This document shows positions 17,940 through 26,385 of a stretch of DNA of 64,000 nucleotides, in pieces (within the stretch, counting starts at the first letter, position 1; each line of letters begins with the position of its first letter). The notes under the pieces were generated by a model. That model had not been told where the DNA came from. It did not search any database and was given only the letters and a program-made list of their open reading frames with translations. The stretch is from Anaerolineaceae bacterium (GTDB lineage: Bacteria > Chloroflexota > Anaerolineae > Anaerolineales > UBA11657). The position numbers and the translations under genes were made by a program. The stretch spans positions 192,315-256,314 of the forward strand of contig BGOS01000003.1 of the NCBI GenBank assembly GCA_003569365.1. Direction: 5' to 3'.

Positions 17940-18958
17940 GCGAAGTGGTTTTGATTGCAACGCTGGCGTCAATTCTCGCGGACAGCGCGCCAATAATTTT
18001 TGCTGCACTTGGCGAAACCCTGAACGAGCGTGCGGGTGTCGTCAATCTTTCGGTTGAGGGCACAATGATGCTCAGTGCCATGATAGGGTTTGCTGCAGCG
18101 TTTGTATTGGACGGCTACGGGCCAATGCTGTTTATGGGCACTGACCTTGCGCCCTACATCACGGTTGCAGCTGGTTTCGCGGCTGCAATGCTGGCGGGCG
18201 CGCTGATTGCGCTGGTCGTTGCATTTGGCAGCATTACCCTGCGGCGTGATCAGGTTGCAGTGGGTTTCATCATGACCCTGCTGGCGATAGATTTGAGCTC
18301 GTTTGCCGGTGTTAATTTTGTGCGCAAGCCTGGCCCGTCGGTCGGGCATCTGCCTATTCCCGCTCTCGCTGACATTCCTGTTGTCGGGCCAATCTTGTTC
18401 TCGCAGGATGCTGTGACTTACTTGAGCTTTTTACTAATCATTGGCATGGCAGTGTTTTTTGCGCGCACCCAGCCGGGCCTGCGGCTGCGCGGCATTGGCG
18501 AGCGGCCACAGGCAGCTTTTGCCCGCGGCACCAATGTAGTGCTGATGCGCTATCTCTATACGGCGCTGGGCGGAGCGTTGATCGGATTTGGCGGTGCGGC
18601 TTTCTCGTTGCATGTAAAGCTTGGCTGGAGCCACCGCCACACTGCGGGCTTTGGCTGGGTGGCATTGGCAATTGTAATTTTTGGCGGATGGGATCCGCTG
18701 AAGGTTGCGCTCGGTGCTTATTTCTTTGGCGCCTTGCGGGCAGCTGCAACCACGCTGCAAGCGTTGCTGCCGGCAGTGCCCGTGCAGGTGTTTCCGTTGC
18801 TGCCGTTCCCGCTGATGATCCTCACGCTGGTGATATTTAATAGTGATGGATTAGTGCGGGCACTTAGTCTGCTGCCGCTTGGGCCGCGCCGCTTTTTGTT
18901 TGGTCTCTTGCGGAGCAATCCTCCCGCAGCTCTCGGCACGCACTTTCGGCAAGAGTGA
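17936..18958 (+). CDS. ABC transporter permease (second of two)
   Basis: I chose the in-frame ATG at 17936 (MSEVVLIATLASILADSAPIIFAALGETLNERAGVVNLSVEG), which forms an ATGA overlap with the upstream stop. The longer track ORF (17633) has an implausible Cys/Arg-rich extension. Confidence 0.85.
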   Translation: MSEVVLIATLASILADSAPIIFAALGETLNERAGVVNLSVEGTMMLSAMIGFAAAFVLDGYGPMLFMGTDLAPYITVAAGFAAAMLAGALIALVVAFGSITLRRDQVAVGFIMTLLAIDLSSFAGVNFVRKPGPSVGHLPIPALADIPVVGPILFSQDAVTYLSFLLIIGMAVFFARTQPGLRLRGIGERPQAAFARGTNVVLMRYLYTALGGALIGFGGAAFSLHVKLGWSHRHTAGFGWVALAIVIFGGWDPLKVALGAYFFGALRAAATTLQALLPAVPVQVFPLLPFPLMILTLVIFNSDGLVRALSLLPLGPRRFLFGLLRSNPPAALGTHFRQE

Positions 18959-19163
18959 TGCCGGCGGTTGGGAGCAAGCTGCGCGGCGGCTTCCACTTGT
19001 TGAGTTTGAATTAAAATACGATTGGCTCAATGGTATGTTTGCTACAAGATTGCATTGCGGTGGCAGGCGTGTAGTGCGTGGTTTGTTTGCTGCATGGATG
19101 CTGAGTTAAGGCCGCGCTTGCAGGCTTTTGCCGGCACAGCAGCGTTTGTAAAAGTAGTTACGA

Positions 19164-20441
19164 GTGGTATCGGCGGAACTTGTGAGCCAAATTAATTACG
19201 CATGCAATAGGTGCGGTCCTTTGGCGGGCCTGGCGGAGCCGGTGTATGTCTGCCCGCAATGCTGTGGCAATTTGGATGTGGTGCTGGATGTGGAACAGGT
19301 GCGGCGCTTGCATGCCCCGGGAAGCATTGGAGCTGGGACGGATGCGTCGTTGTGGCGCTACGCCGCGCTGCTGCCGGTAAAAGTGCCGCCCGCAACCACT
19401 GCAACCCTGCGCACTGTCGGTGGCACGCCGTTGTTTCCGGTTTCGCGGTTGGCGCAGCATTGCGGGCTTCGGGACGTGTGGATAAAAGATGACAGCCGCC
19501 TGCCAACGGCTTCGTTTAAAGACCGGGCGAGTGCGGTGGTGGTGGCGCGGGCGCTTGACCTGGGTTACACGCGGCTGATTACTGCATCGACGGGCAATGC
19601 CGGCGTGGCGCTGGCAGGCATGGCAGCTGCTGCCGGGCTGGAGGCGGTCATCCTCGTTCCTGAGAGCGCGCCGCCGGCCAAGATTGCACAGTTGCTCATA
19701 TTTGGAGCTCGCCTGATTCTCGTGAAGGGCAACTATGATGCGGCCTTTAAGCTGAGCCTGCAAGCGGCGCGAGAGCTGGGTATGTACTGTCGGAGCACCG
19801 GCTACAACCCGTTTACGCTGGAGGGCAAGAAGACTGCAGCTTTTGAGATCGCTGAACAGCTTGCCGCCAGTTTGGGGGGTGAGGTGCGTGAGATGTGGAC
19901 TGCGCCGGACTGTGTGTTTGTTTCCGTGGGCGATGGTAACATCATCGGTGGGGTGCACAAGGGGTTCAAGGAGCTGCATGCCCTCGGCTGGATTAGCCGG
20001 GTGCCACGTATGATCGGCGTGCAGGCGGTGGGTTCGGCGGCAATCTACAATGCGTTTGCTGCGCGGACGGATGCTATTGCGCCAGTTGACGCACACACGG
20101 TGGCGGACAGCATTGCGGCGGACTTTCCGGCAGACGGTTTGCATGGCTTGCAGGCGGCAACGCAATCGGCTGGTGCCTACCTGACTGTTACGGATGATGA
20201 AATTCTGGCTGCGATACCGGAGCTGGCGCGCTTGACCGGCGTATTTGCGGAACCGTCGTGCGCGGCGGCATACGCGGGTTTGCTAAAGGCGGCGCGCAGC
20301 GGCCTGGTGGCGGCGCACGAGCGGGTGGTGCTGCTGATAACTGGCAGCGGTTTGAAGGATGTGGCAACTGCGATGCGCACGGTTGGTGCGGCGCCGGTAA
20401 TCGCACCAACTGTTGCGGAATTGCGCCAAGCGTTGGTGTGA
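19164..20441 (+). CDS. Threonine-synthase-like PLP enzyme with N-terminal Cys4 zinc ribbon
   Basis: 425 aa. CNRCG...CPQCCG ribbon, PLP-lysine motif PTASFKDR, STGNAG, GDGNIIGG. The fold assignment is firm but the substrate is not. Confidence 0.75.
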   Translation: MVSAELVSQINYACNRCGPLAGLAEPVYVCPQCCGNLDVVLDVEQVRRLHAPGSIGAGTDASLWRYAALLPVKVPPATTATLRTVGGTPLFPVSRLAQHCGLRDVWIKDDSRLPTASFKDRASAVVVARALDLGYTRLITASTGNAGVALAGMAAAAGLEAVILVPESAPPAKIAQLLIFGARLILVKGNYDAAFKLSLQAARELGMYCRSTGYNPFTLEGKKTAAFEIAEQLAASLGGEVREMWTAPDCVFVSVGDGNIIGGVHKGFKELHALGWISRVPRMIGVQAVGSAAIYNAFAARTDAIAPVDAHTVADSIAADFPADGLHGLQAATQSAGAYLTVTDDEILAAIPELARLTGVFAEPSCAAAYAGLLKAARSGLVAAHERVVLLITGSGLKDVATAMRTVGAAPVIAPTVAELRQALV

Positions 20442-20453
20442 GGAGTTGACTGC

Positions 20454-21278
20454 GTGAAAATTTTGATTGCAGCGGACATGGAGGGCGTCACCGGCGTTGT
20501 GAACTGGGATCACGTCGATCCGGCGCACGCTGAGTACCAGCGATTCCGCCGGTTGATGACCGCCGATGTGAACGCTGCGGTATGCGGTGCGTATTTAGGC
20601 GGAGCCTCCGCGGTTACGGTAACGGATGGACATTGGGGCAACCGTAATATTTTGATTGAGGAACTTGAAGAGCGGGCGACGTTACAAAGCGGTGGCACGC
20701 GCCCGCTGGCTATGGTTCAGGGTGTCGAAGCGGATGTGGCGGGTGTTTGCTTTGTGGGGTACCACGCGCGGGCTGGTTCGCAGTATGCTGTGCTGGACCA
20801 TACATGGTCTGACACCACTGTAGCCAACTTGCGGTTGAACGGAGAGGTGGTTGGCGAGATCGGCCTGAATGCTGCGGTGTGCGGCCACTTTAATGTTCCA
20901 GTGGTTATGATCTCTGGCGATCAGACTGCGTGCAAAGAGGCGCTTGAGTTGCTGGGCGGGCTGGAAGTGGCAACAGTGAAGCAGGCGCAAGGGCGGATGG
21001 CAGCAGACTGCCTGCCGCCGGTGGTTTCGCAGCGCCGCATCTGCGAGGCGGCGGCGCGCGCAGTTGCGCGCGTGGTGGCGGGAACCGCACCCGCGCCGTT
21101 TCGGCTGGTGCTGCCAGTGATGGTTGAGATTGAGTTTATGCAGTCTGACATGGCGGACCGCGCGAGTCTGGTTCCGGGCAGCCAGCGCGGGGCCGACCGC
21201 TGCGTGCAGTTTGAGGCACGCGATATGCTTGCGGCTTATAACGCGTTCAGAACATTGTGTGCGACATCGCGCAACTAG
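20454..21278 (+). CDS. M55-family metallopeptidase (DppA-type D-aminopeptidase)
   Basis: 274 aa. GTG start. The N-terminus MKILIAADMEGVTGV plus GYHARAG and EIGLNAA are typical of the M55 family. Confidence 0.85.
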   Translation: MKILIAADMEGVTGVVNWDHVDPAHAEYQRFRRLMTADVNAAVCGAYLGGASAVTVTDGHWGNRNILIEELEERATLQSGGTRPLAMVQGVEADVAGVCFVGYHARAGSQYAVLDHTWSDTTVANLRLNGEVVGEIGLNAAVCGHFNVPVVMISGDQTACKEALELLGGLEVATVKQAQGRMAADCLPPVVSQRRICEAAARAVARVVAGTAPAPFRLVLPVMVEIEFMQSDMADRASLVPGSQRGADRCVQFEARDMLAAYNAFRTLCATSRN

Positions 21279-21299
21279 CAATGGTCAAGGATACAACAA

Positions 21300-22766
21300 A
21301 TGATTGATTTGACGGTGGATCGGAAGACTGTGGAGCGCAATGCAAAACGCGCGCGCGAGCGCAACGTGCTTATTCCAACGCTGGCGCAGCAAGTTGCGCC
21401 GCAGACGGCGCCTGCAAAAATTCGAGAGCGGCTGAAAGGCATTGGGCTGTGGGACGTGGATCCCGCAAATTTGTTCCGGATCTCGTGGCATAACGCGCCG
21501 GCTGCGCGTGGCGGCGGGTTCGGTCCGGTGAATTACATCGAGTTTCCGTCGAGCATCACCGGGGTGCAGGCGCGCATCGTCGCGATTGTGGGCAAGTGGT
21601 TTCCCACTGGTGCGCACAAGGTGGGTCCGGCATTCGGCTGCTTGGTGCCGCGGCTGGTGAGCGGCCAGTTTGATCCCACGCGTCAGAAGGCGGTGTGGCC
21701 TTCAACCGGCAACTATTGCCGCGGCGGTGCCTATAACTCCGCCTTGCTGGGTTGCGAGTCCGTGGCCATCCTGCCGGAGGGCATGAGCGCGGAGCGCTTT
21801 GAGTGGCTGCAAACGATGGCGGGTGAAGTAATAAAGACGCCTGGATCCGAAAGCAATGTCAAAGAAATTTTTGATAAGTGCAATGAACTGCGCAAGTCTG
21901 GAACCGACCTGATGATCTTTGATCAATTTCAAGAGATGGGCAACTACCTCTGGCATTATTCCGTGACCGGCCGGGCACTGGAAGAGGTGGTGCGCCGATC
22001 GCTCGGCAGCGGCGATTCGTTTGCCGGTTTTGTGAGCCACACGGGTTCGGCCGGCACGATTGCGGCGGGTGATTATTTGAAGCAGCAGTTTCCGCACAGC
22101 AAGATTGTTGCAAGTGAGGCGTTGCAGTGTCCAACGTTGATCCAGAATGGTTTTGGGGCGCACCGGATCGAGGGCATTGGCGACAAGCATGTGCCGTGGA
22201 TTCACAACATCCGCAATACGGATATGGTAATGGCGGTGGATGATGACGCGGCAATGGCGATCACGCGACTGTTCAATGAGCCGGCGGGGCAGCGTCTGCT
22301 CGCCGGGAAGGGAGTGCCGGAGGCACTTGTGACGCGCCTTCCAGAACTTGGTATCTCATGTGTGGCTAATTTAATTGCGTCTATTCAATTCGCCAAGTGG
22401 TACGAGCTTGGGCCCAACGATGTGGTGGCCACCGTGCTCACGGACTCGATGGAGCTCTATCAAAGCCGCCTGCGTGAGCTAACAGAGCAGCACGGCGAGT
22501 TTGATGACCGCGCCGCGGCGGTGGCTTACGAGCGCCATCTTTTAGGTGCGCATACGGCCAATGTGCAGGAGCTGACGTACCCCGAGCGCAAGCGCGTGCA
22601 TAACCTTAAGTACTTTACATGGGTGGAGCAACAGGGCAAGGCAACGGCGGAGTTGAACGCGCAGTGGGAGCAGACTTCGTTTTGGACCGGAGTGCAGGGC
22701 CAGATGGGGGAAATGGATGCGTTGATTGATGAATTCAATGGCCGCTCCGGGTTGGCGGAGAACTGA
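21300..22766 (+). CDS. Long-form PLP-dependent enzyme of the Trp-synthase-beta/cysteine-synthase fold
   Basis: 488 aa. Probable PLP lysine in FPTGAHKVGPAFG, then STGNYCRGGAYNSALLG. Carries a ~90-aa N-terminal extension and a ~120-aa C-terminal extension relative to cysteine synthases. Confidence 0.7.
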   Translation: MIDLTVDRKTVERNAKRARERNVLIPTLAQQVAPQTAPAKIRERLKGIGLWDVDPANLFRISWHNAPAARGGGFGPVNYIEFPSSITGVQARIVAIVGKWFPTGAHKVGPAFGCLVPRLVSGQFDPTRQKAVWPSTGNYCRGGAYNSALLGCESVAILPEGMSAERFEWLQTMAGEVIKTPGSESNVKEIFDKCNELRKSGTDLMIFDQFQEMGNYLWHYSVTGRALEEVVRRSLGSGDSFAGFVSHTGSAGTIAAGDYLKQQFPHSKIVASEALQCPTLIQNGFGAHRIEGIGDKHVPWIHNIRNTDMVMAVDDDAAMAITRLFNEPAGQRLLAGKGVPEALVTRLPELGISCVANLIASIQFAKWYELGPNDVVATVLTDSMELYQSRLRELTEQHGEFDDRAAAVAYERHLLGAHTANVQELTYPERKRVHNLKYFTWVEQQGKATAELNAQWEQTSFWTGVQGQMGEMDALIDEFNGRSGLAEN

Positions 22767-22823
22767 GCGTAGATATTACGTGCCTGGCACGCAAGCTTGA
22801 ATACTGAGTAAATCTGGAGAACT

Positions 22824-24743
22824 ATGGCGACTACGAACATCAAGGATGACGCGACCACACAGGCGGGGGAGCCAGTGCGGTTTCAGGCGGAAATCCGGCA
22901 GCTGCTTGATATTCTGGTGCACTCGCTTTATACGCGCCGGGAAGTGTTTTTGCGCGAGTTGATTTCGAATGCGTCGGATGCGCTGAACCGCATGCAATTT
23001 GAAATGCTTACCAATACGGATGTGGTGGATCCGGAGGTTTCGGCTGCGATACGGATTACGGTTGATGAGTCCGGCAAGCGCCTGACAATTAGTGACAGCG
23101 GGGTGGGAATGTCGCGCACTGAGCTGGTTGAGAACCTTGGCACTATCGCCCGTTCGGGTGCGCAGCGCTTCATTGAAAATGCCAAGGAAACTGGCACTGA
23201 TGCGACCGACATCATTGGGCGGTTCGGGGTGGGTTTCTACTCGGTGTTTATGATTGCGGACGAGGTGCGGGTTACCTCACGCTCTTTTCGGCCGGAGGAT
23301 GAGGCTGCGTGTTGGGTGTGTGCGGGCGGCGAAACATTTACCTTGGAGGCGTCGGACCGCAGCCACCGGGGCACCGTGATTGAGCTTAAGCTGCGCGAGG
23401 AAGCGGCGGAGTTTGCGGATGCATTTCGCATTACGCAAATTGTGAAGCAGCACTCGGATTATGTGCCGTTCCCAATTTATGTGGGCAAGCTAACTGACAA
23501 AGCCGGCGAGTTCAAGATTGCCAATCAGCAGACGGCGCTGTGGCGGCAGCCGGCGCGGGATGTGAAGACCGGCGAGTATGTTGAGTTCTTCCGGCAGCTT
23601 ACGTTTAGCGGCGGCGAGCCACTGTTGCAAATTCATTACGCGGCGGATGCGCCGGTTCAGATTTACAGTATTTTGTTTGTGCCTCCCAAGGCCAGCCGGG
23701 ATCTGTTCACGGCGCGCTATGAGAGTGGGATCCGGCTGCATGCGCGCAAGATATTGATTGAGGAAAATTGCCGGGCGCTGGTGCCTGAGTACCTGCGGTT
23801 CTTGCAAGGGGTTGTGGATTGCGAGGACTTGCCATTGAATGTTGCGCGTGAAAATGTGCAGTCGAGTCCATTGCTTGTGAAAATCAGCCGTGTGCTTGGC
23901 CGCAAAGTTGTGGATGAGTTCAAGAAGCTTGCGCTGAATGATGCTGACAAGTATCTTGGATTCTGGAACGAGTTTGGCATATTTCTCAAGGAGGGGGCTG
24001 CCACGGACCCGGAAGCGGCGACCGACTTGATGGAATTGTTGCGCTTCCGCAGCACGCGCGTGGATGGGGAGGTGACGGCGCTTGCGGAGTACGTGCAGCG
24101 GGTGAAGGATGATCGGAAGGAAATATATTATCTGCTGGCAGACGATCTGCGGACTGCCACCCGCAGCCCGCACCTTGATTATTTCAAGCGCAATGGTTAT
24201 GAGGTATTGCTGCTGATCGAACCGGTGGATGCGTTCCTGATGGCAAATGTGCGTGAGTTTGACGGCCACAAGCTGGTCAACGTTGCGTCAGGAGAGATGA
24301 AATTGCCGCCGGCTGCAGCTGCCGATGATGCGGTGGTTGAGGAAGCGCTTGCCGGGCGCGATCTTGCGCGGCTGATTGTTAAGTTCAAGAGCCAGCTGGG
24401 CTTGCGGGTTGCTGATGTGCGGGACACAGACCGGTTATCGGATTCGCCGGTGCGGCTGGTGGACTCTGGCGGCGCGCCCGGCCGGGAAGTGCAACGGGCA
24501 ATGCGCGCCATGGATCGCGAATACGAACAGCCGAAGATGGTGCTTGAATTAAACGCACGGCATCCGCTGCTGCGCAGTTTGGTGCATCTGCCAGAGCCGA
24601 GCGAGATCTTGGATTTGTGCGTGGAACAGCTGTTTGATGCAGCGCTACTGCTGGAAGGGCTGCACCCTGATCCCGCGGGAATTGTGCCGCGCCTGCAAGA
24701 GCTGATGCAGGCTGCTGTCGGCAAAACCACCCCAGCTGAGTAG
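22824..24743 (+). CDS. htpG: Molecular chaperone HtpG (Hsp90)
   Basis: 639 aa. Motifs FLRELISNASDALNR, DSGVGM, GRFGVGFYS, PLNVARE. Confidence 0.95.
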   Translation: MATTNIKDDATTQAGEPVRFQAEIRQLLDILVHSLYTRREVFLRELISNASDALNRMQFEMLTNTDVVDPEVSAAIRITVDESGKRLTISDSGVGMSRTELVENLGTIARSGAQRFIENAKETGTDATDIIGRFGVGFYSVFMIADEVRVTSRSFRPEDEAACWVCAGGETFTLEASDRSHRGTVIELKLREEAAEFADAFRITQIVKQHSDYVPFPIYVGKLTDKAGEFKIANQQTALWRQPARDVKTGEYVEFFRQLTFSGGEPLLQIHYAADAPVQIYSILFVPPKASRDLFTARYESGIRLHARKILIEENCRALVPEYLRFLQGVVDCEDLPLNVARENVQSSPLLVKISRVLGRKVVDEFKKLALNDADKYLGFWNEFGIFLKEGAATDPEAATDLMELLRFRSTRVDGEVTALAEYVQRVKDDRKEIYYLLADDLRTATRSPHLDYFKRNGYEVLLLIEPVDAFLMANVREFDGHKLVNVASGEMKLPPAAAADDAVVEEALAGRDLARLIVKFKSQLGLRVADVRDTDRLSDSPVRLVDSGGAPGREVQRAMRAMDREYEQPKMVLELNARHPLLRSLVHLPEPSEILDLCVEQLFDAALLLEGLHPDPAGIVPRLQELMQAAVGKTTPAE

Positions 24744-24806
24744 CACCGGGTGGTGGCTTATGATCGTGCCGGATTTTGGACAGTTGATTAGAAGCGCATT
24801 GATGCT

Positions 24807-25838
24807 GTGAAGATTAATATTCTGGGTGGTGGGCCGGCCAGTCTCTACTTCGCCATATTGATGATGAAGCGAGACCCGGCGCACGTGATAACAGTATTTG
24901 AGCGTGACGGACCGGAGGACACCTTTGGGTGGGGCATTGTATTTTCTGGGCGTACCTTTCAATTTCTGGAGGAGAATGATGCACTGAGCCATGCCCGGAT
25001 AGTCGCCTGCTCCCAAACTTGGGAGGATGTCATCATCGGGCATCCGCTTGAAACGATTGCGATTGGGGGCAATTTATTCTCTGGTATTGCGCGGCTTACA
25101 TTCCTGAATATTCTGCAGCAGCGCTGCCTTGAGCTTGGGGTGGACTTGCGGTACCACGCCAACATTGGAGCAGAGCAGCTGCCGGCGCTGCGCGAGTGCG
25201 ACTTGTTTGTTGGGGCAGATGGTTCCAACAGCATGTTTCGCAAGTACTATGAAGATCTGTTCTTGCCAACAATTGATTTGCGGCAAAACAAGTTTGTTTG
25301 GCTCGGCACACCGCAGTCCTTTGATGGCTTGGCGATGTATTTCCGCGAGAACGCGGCTGGAGTTTTTATTGCGCATGCGTACCGCTTTGTTGCGGCTGAT
25401 AAACCGTTGAACGGGGCTTGCAGCACATTTGTGGTGGAGTGCGCACCGGAAACCTGGCTGCGGGCGGGCCTCGATAAGATGGGCGAGGCAGATACCTGCG
25501 CTTATTTGGCCGGTGTGTTTGCCGAGCCGCTGCAGGGCCATGCGCTGCTGGCCAACAAGTTTTTGCGCTGGTTGAATTTTCCGATTGTGAAGAACAAGCG
25601 CTGGCATCATGGCAATCTGGTGTTGCTGGGTGACGCGCTGCATACGGCGCATTTTTCGATTGGAAGTGGAACCAAGCTTGCGCTTGAAGACGCGGCTGCA
25701 CTGGCCGATGCGTTTTCCGGCCAGCGCAGCGTACCTGCGGCGTTGTCAGAGTTTGAGCGCAAGCGTAAGCGGTGGGTGGATGAGTTTCAAGATGCCGCGC
25801 TGCGCAGTCCTTACCTGGCTGGAAAATGTTGGTGGTGA
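24807..25838 (+). CDS. FAD-dependent aromatic-ring monooxygenase of the salicylyl-CoA 5-hydroxylase / 2-aminobenzoyl-CoA monooxygenase type (3' end frameshifted)
   Basis: GTG start. Motifs ILGGGPASLYFA (dinucleotide-binding GxGxxG), GADGSNS, LLGDALHTAHFSIGSGTKLALEDA. After ...QDAALRS the conserved continuation (LTWLENV...FAYRAQTRS) lies in the +1 frame. Confidence 0.8.
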   Translation: MKINILGGGPASLYFAILMMKRDPAHVITVFERDGPEDTFGWGIVFSGRTFQFLEENDALSHARIVACSQTWEDVIIGHPLETIAIGGNLFSGIARLTFLNILQQRCLELGVDLRYHANIGAEQLPALRECDLFVGADGSNSMFRKYYEDLFLPTIDLRQNKFVWLGTPQSFDGLAMYFRENAAGVFIAHAYRFVAADKPLNGACSTFVVECAPETWLRAGLDKMGEADTCAYLAGVFAEPLQGHALLANKFLRWLNFPIVKNKRWHHGNLVLLGDALHTAHFSIGSGTKLALEDAAALADAFSGQRSVPAALSEFERKRKRWVDEFQDAALRSPYLAGKCWW

Positions 25839-25983
25839 GCTTGCGGGTGATCCGGTTGCGTTTGCATACCGCGCGCAAACGCGCAGCAAGCGCGTTGGCT
25901 ATAGCCGCGTCAAGCGCACTGCGCCAGACTTTGCTGCGCGCTATGACAGCTGGAAGGACCGGCAGCCGCCTGCAGCCGGCCCG

Positions 25984-26385
25984 GTGCCAACAGAATGGCT
26001 GGACCTTTTTTGCAAGCGCAGCTTTGGCCACCTTGCGACGCTCATGTCCGACGGCACACCTCATGTCACTCCGGTGTGGGTTGATTACGATGGCACGCAT
26101 GTGCTGGTCAACTCCGCGCGCGGTCGCTTGAAGGATAAGCACATGGAGGCGCGGCCGGATGTTGCACTTGAGATTCAGGACCCCGACAATCCTAACCGTT
26201 ACTTGCTTGTGCGCGGCGCTGTGGCTTCAATTAGCGAAGCCGATGCCGATGAGCAGTTGGATGCGATGTCGCCGCGCTATTTGAATCGGGAGAAATATCC
26301 AGCGGGTATGCGCTTTCCTGGTGAAGTGCGGCGGTTGTATAAGATTAAGCCGAAGAGTGTTGTATTTTGGGATCCGTTTGGATGA
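25984..26385 (+). CDS. PPOX-class (pyridoxamine-5'-phosphate-oxidase-like, F420/FMN split-barrel) domain; either a separate protein or the C-terminal domain of the upstream monooxygenase
   Basis: Motifs FGHLATLMSDGTPHVTPVWVDYDGTHVLVNSARGRLKDKHMEARPDVALEI..RYLLVRGAV..KIKPKSVVFWDP. The frame is open from 25609. A GTG at 25984 is possible but has no RBS. Confidence 0.7.
   Translation: MPTEWLDLFCKRSFGHLATLMSDGTPHVTPVWVDYDGTHVLVNSARGRLKDKHMEARPDVALEIQDPDNPNRYLLVRGAVASISEADADEQLDAMSPRYLNREKYPAGMRFPGEVRRLYKIKPKSVVFWDPFG

Noticed and set aside
17004-20165. Long minus-strand ORFs (17004..18008, 19158..20165) opposite the permease and ThrC-like genes
   Set aside because: Antisense artefacts of GC-rich coding DNA. 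No motifs, and the partner-strand genes are strongly supported.
22784-22801. Sigma-54-like TGGCAC...TTG element upstream of htpG
   Set aside because: Spacing is off by one and the -12 element reads TTGAA rather than TTGCW. TGGCAC is better explained as half of the CGTGCC-T-GGCACG palindrome.
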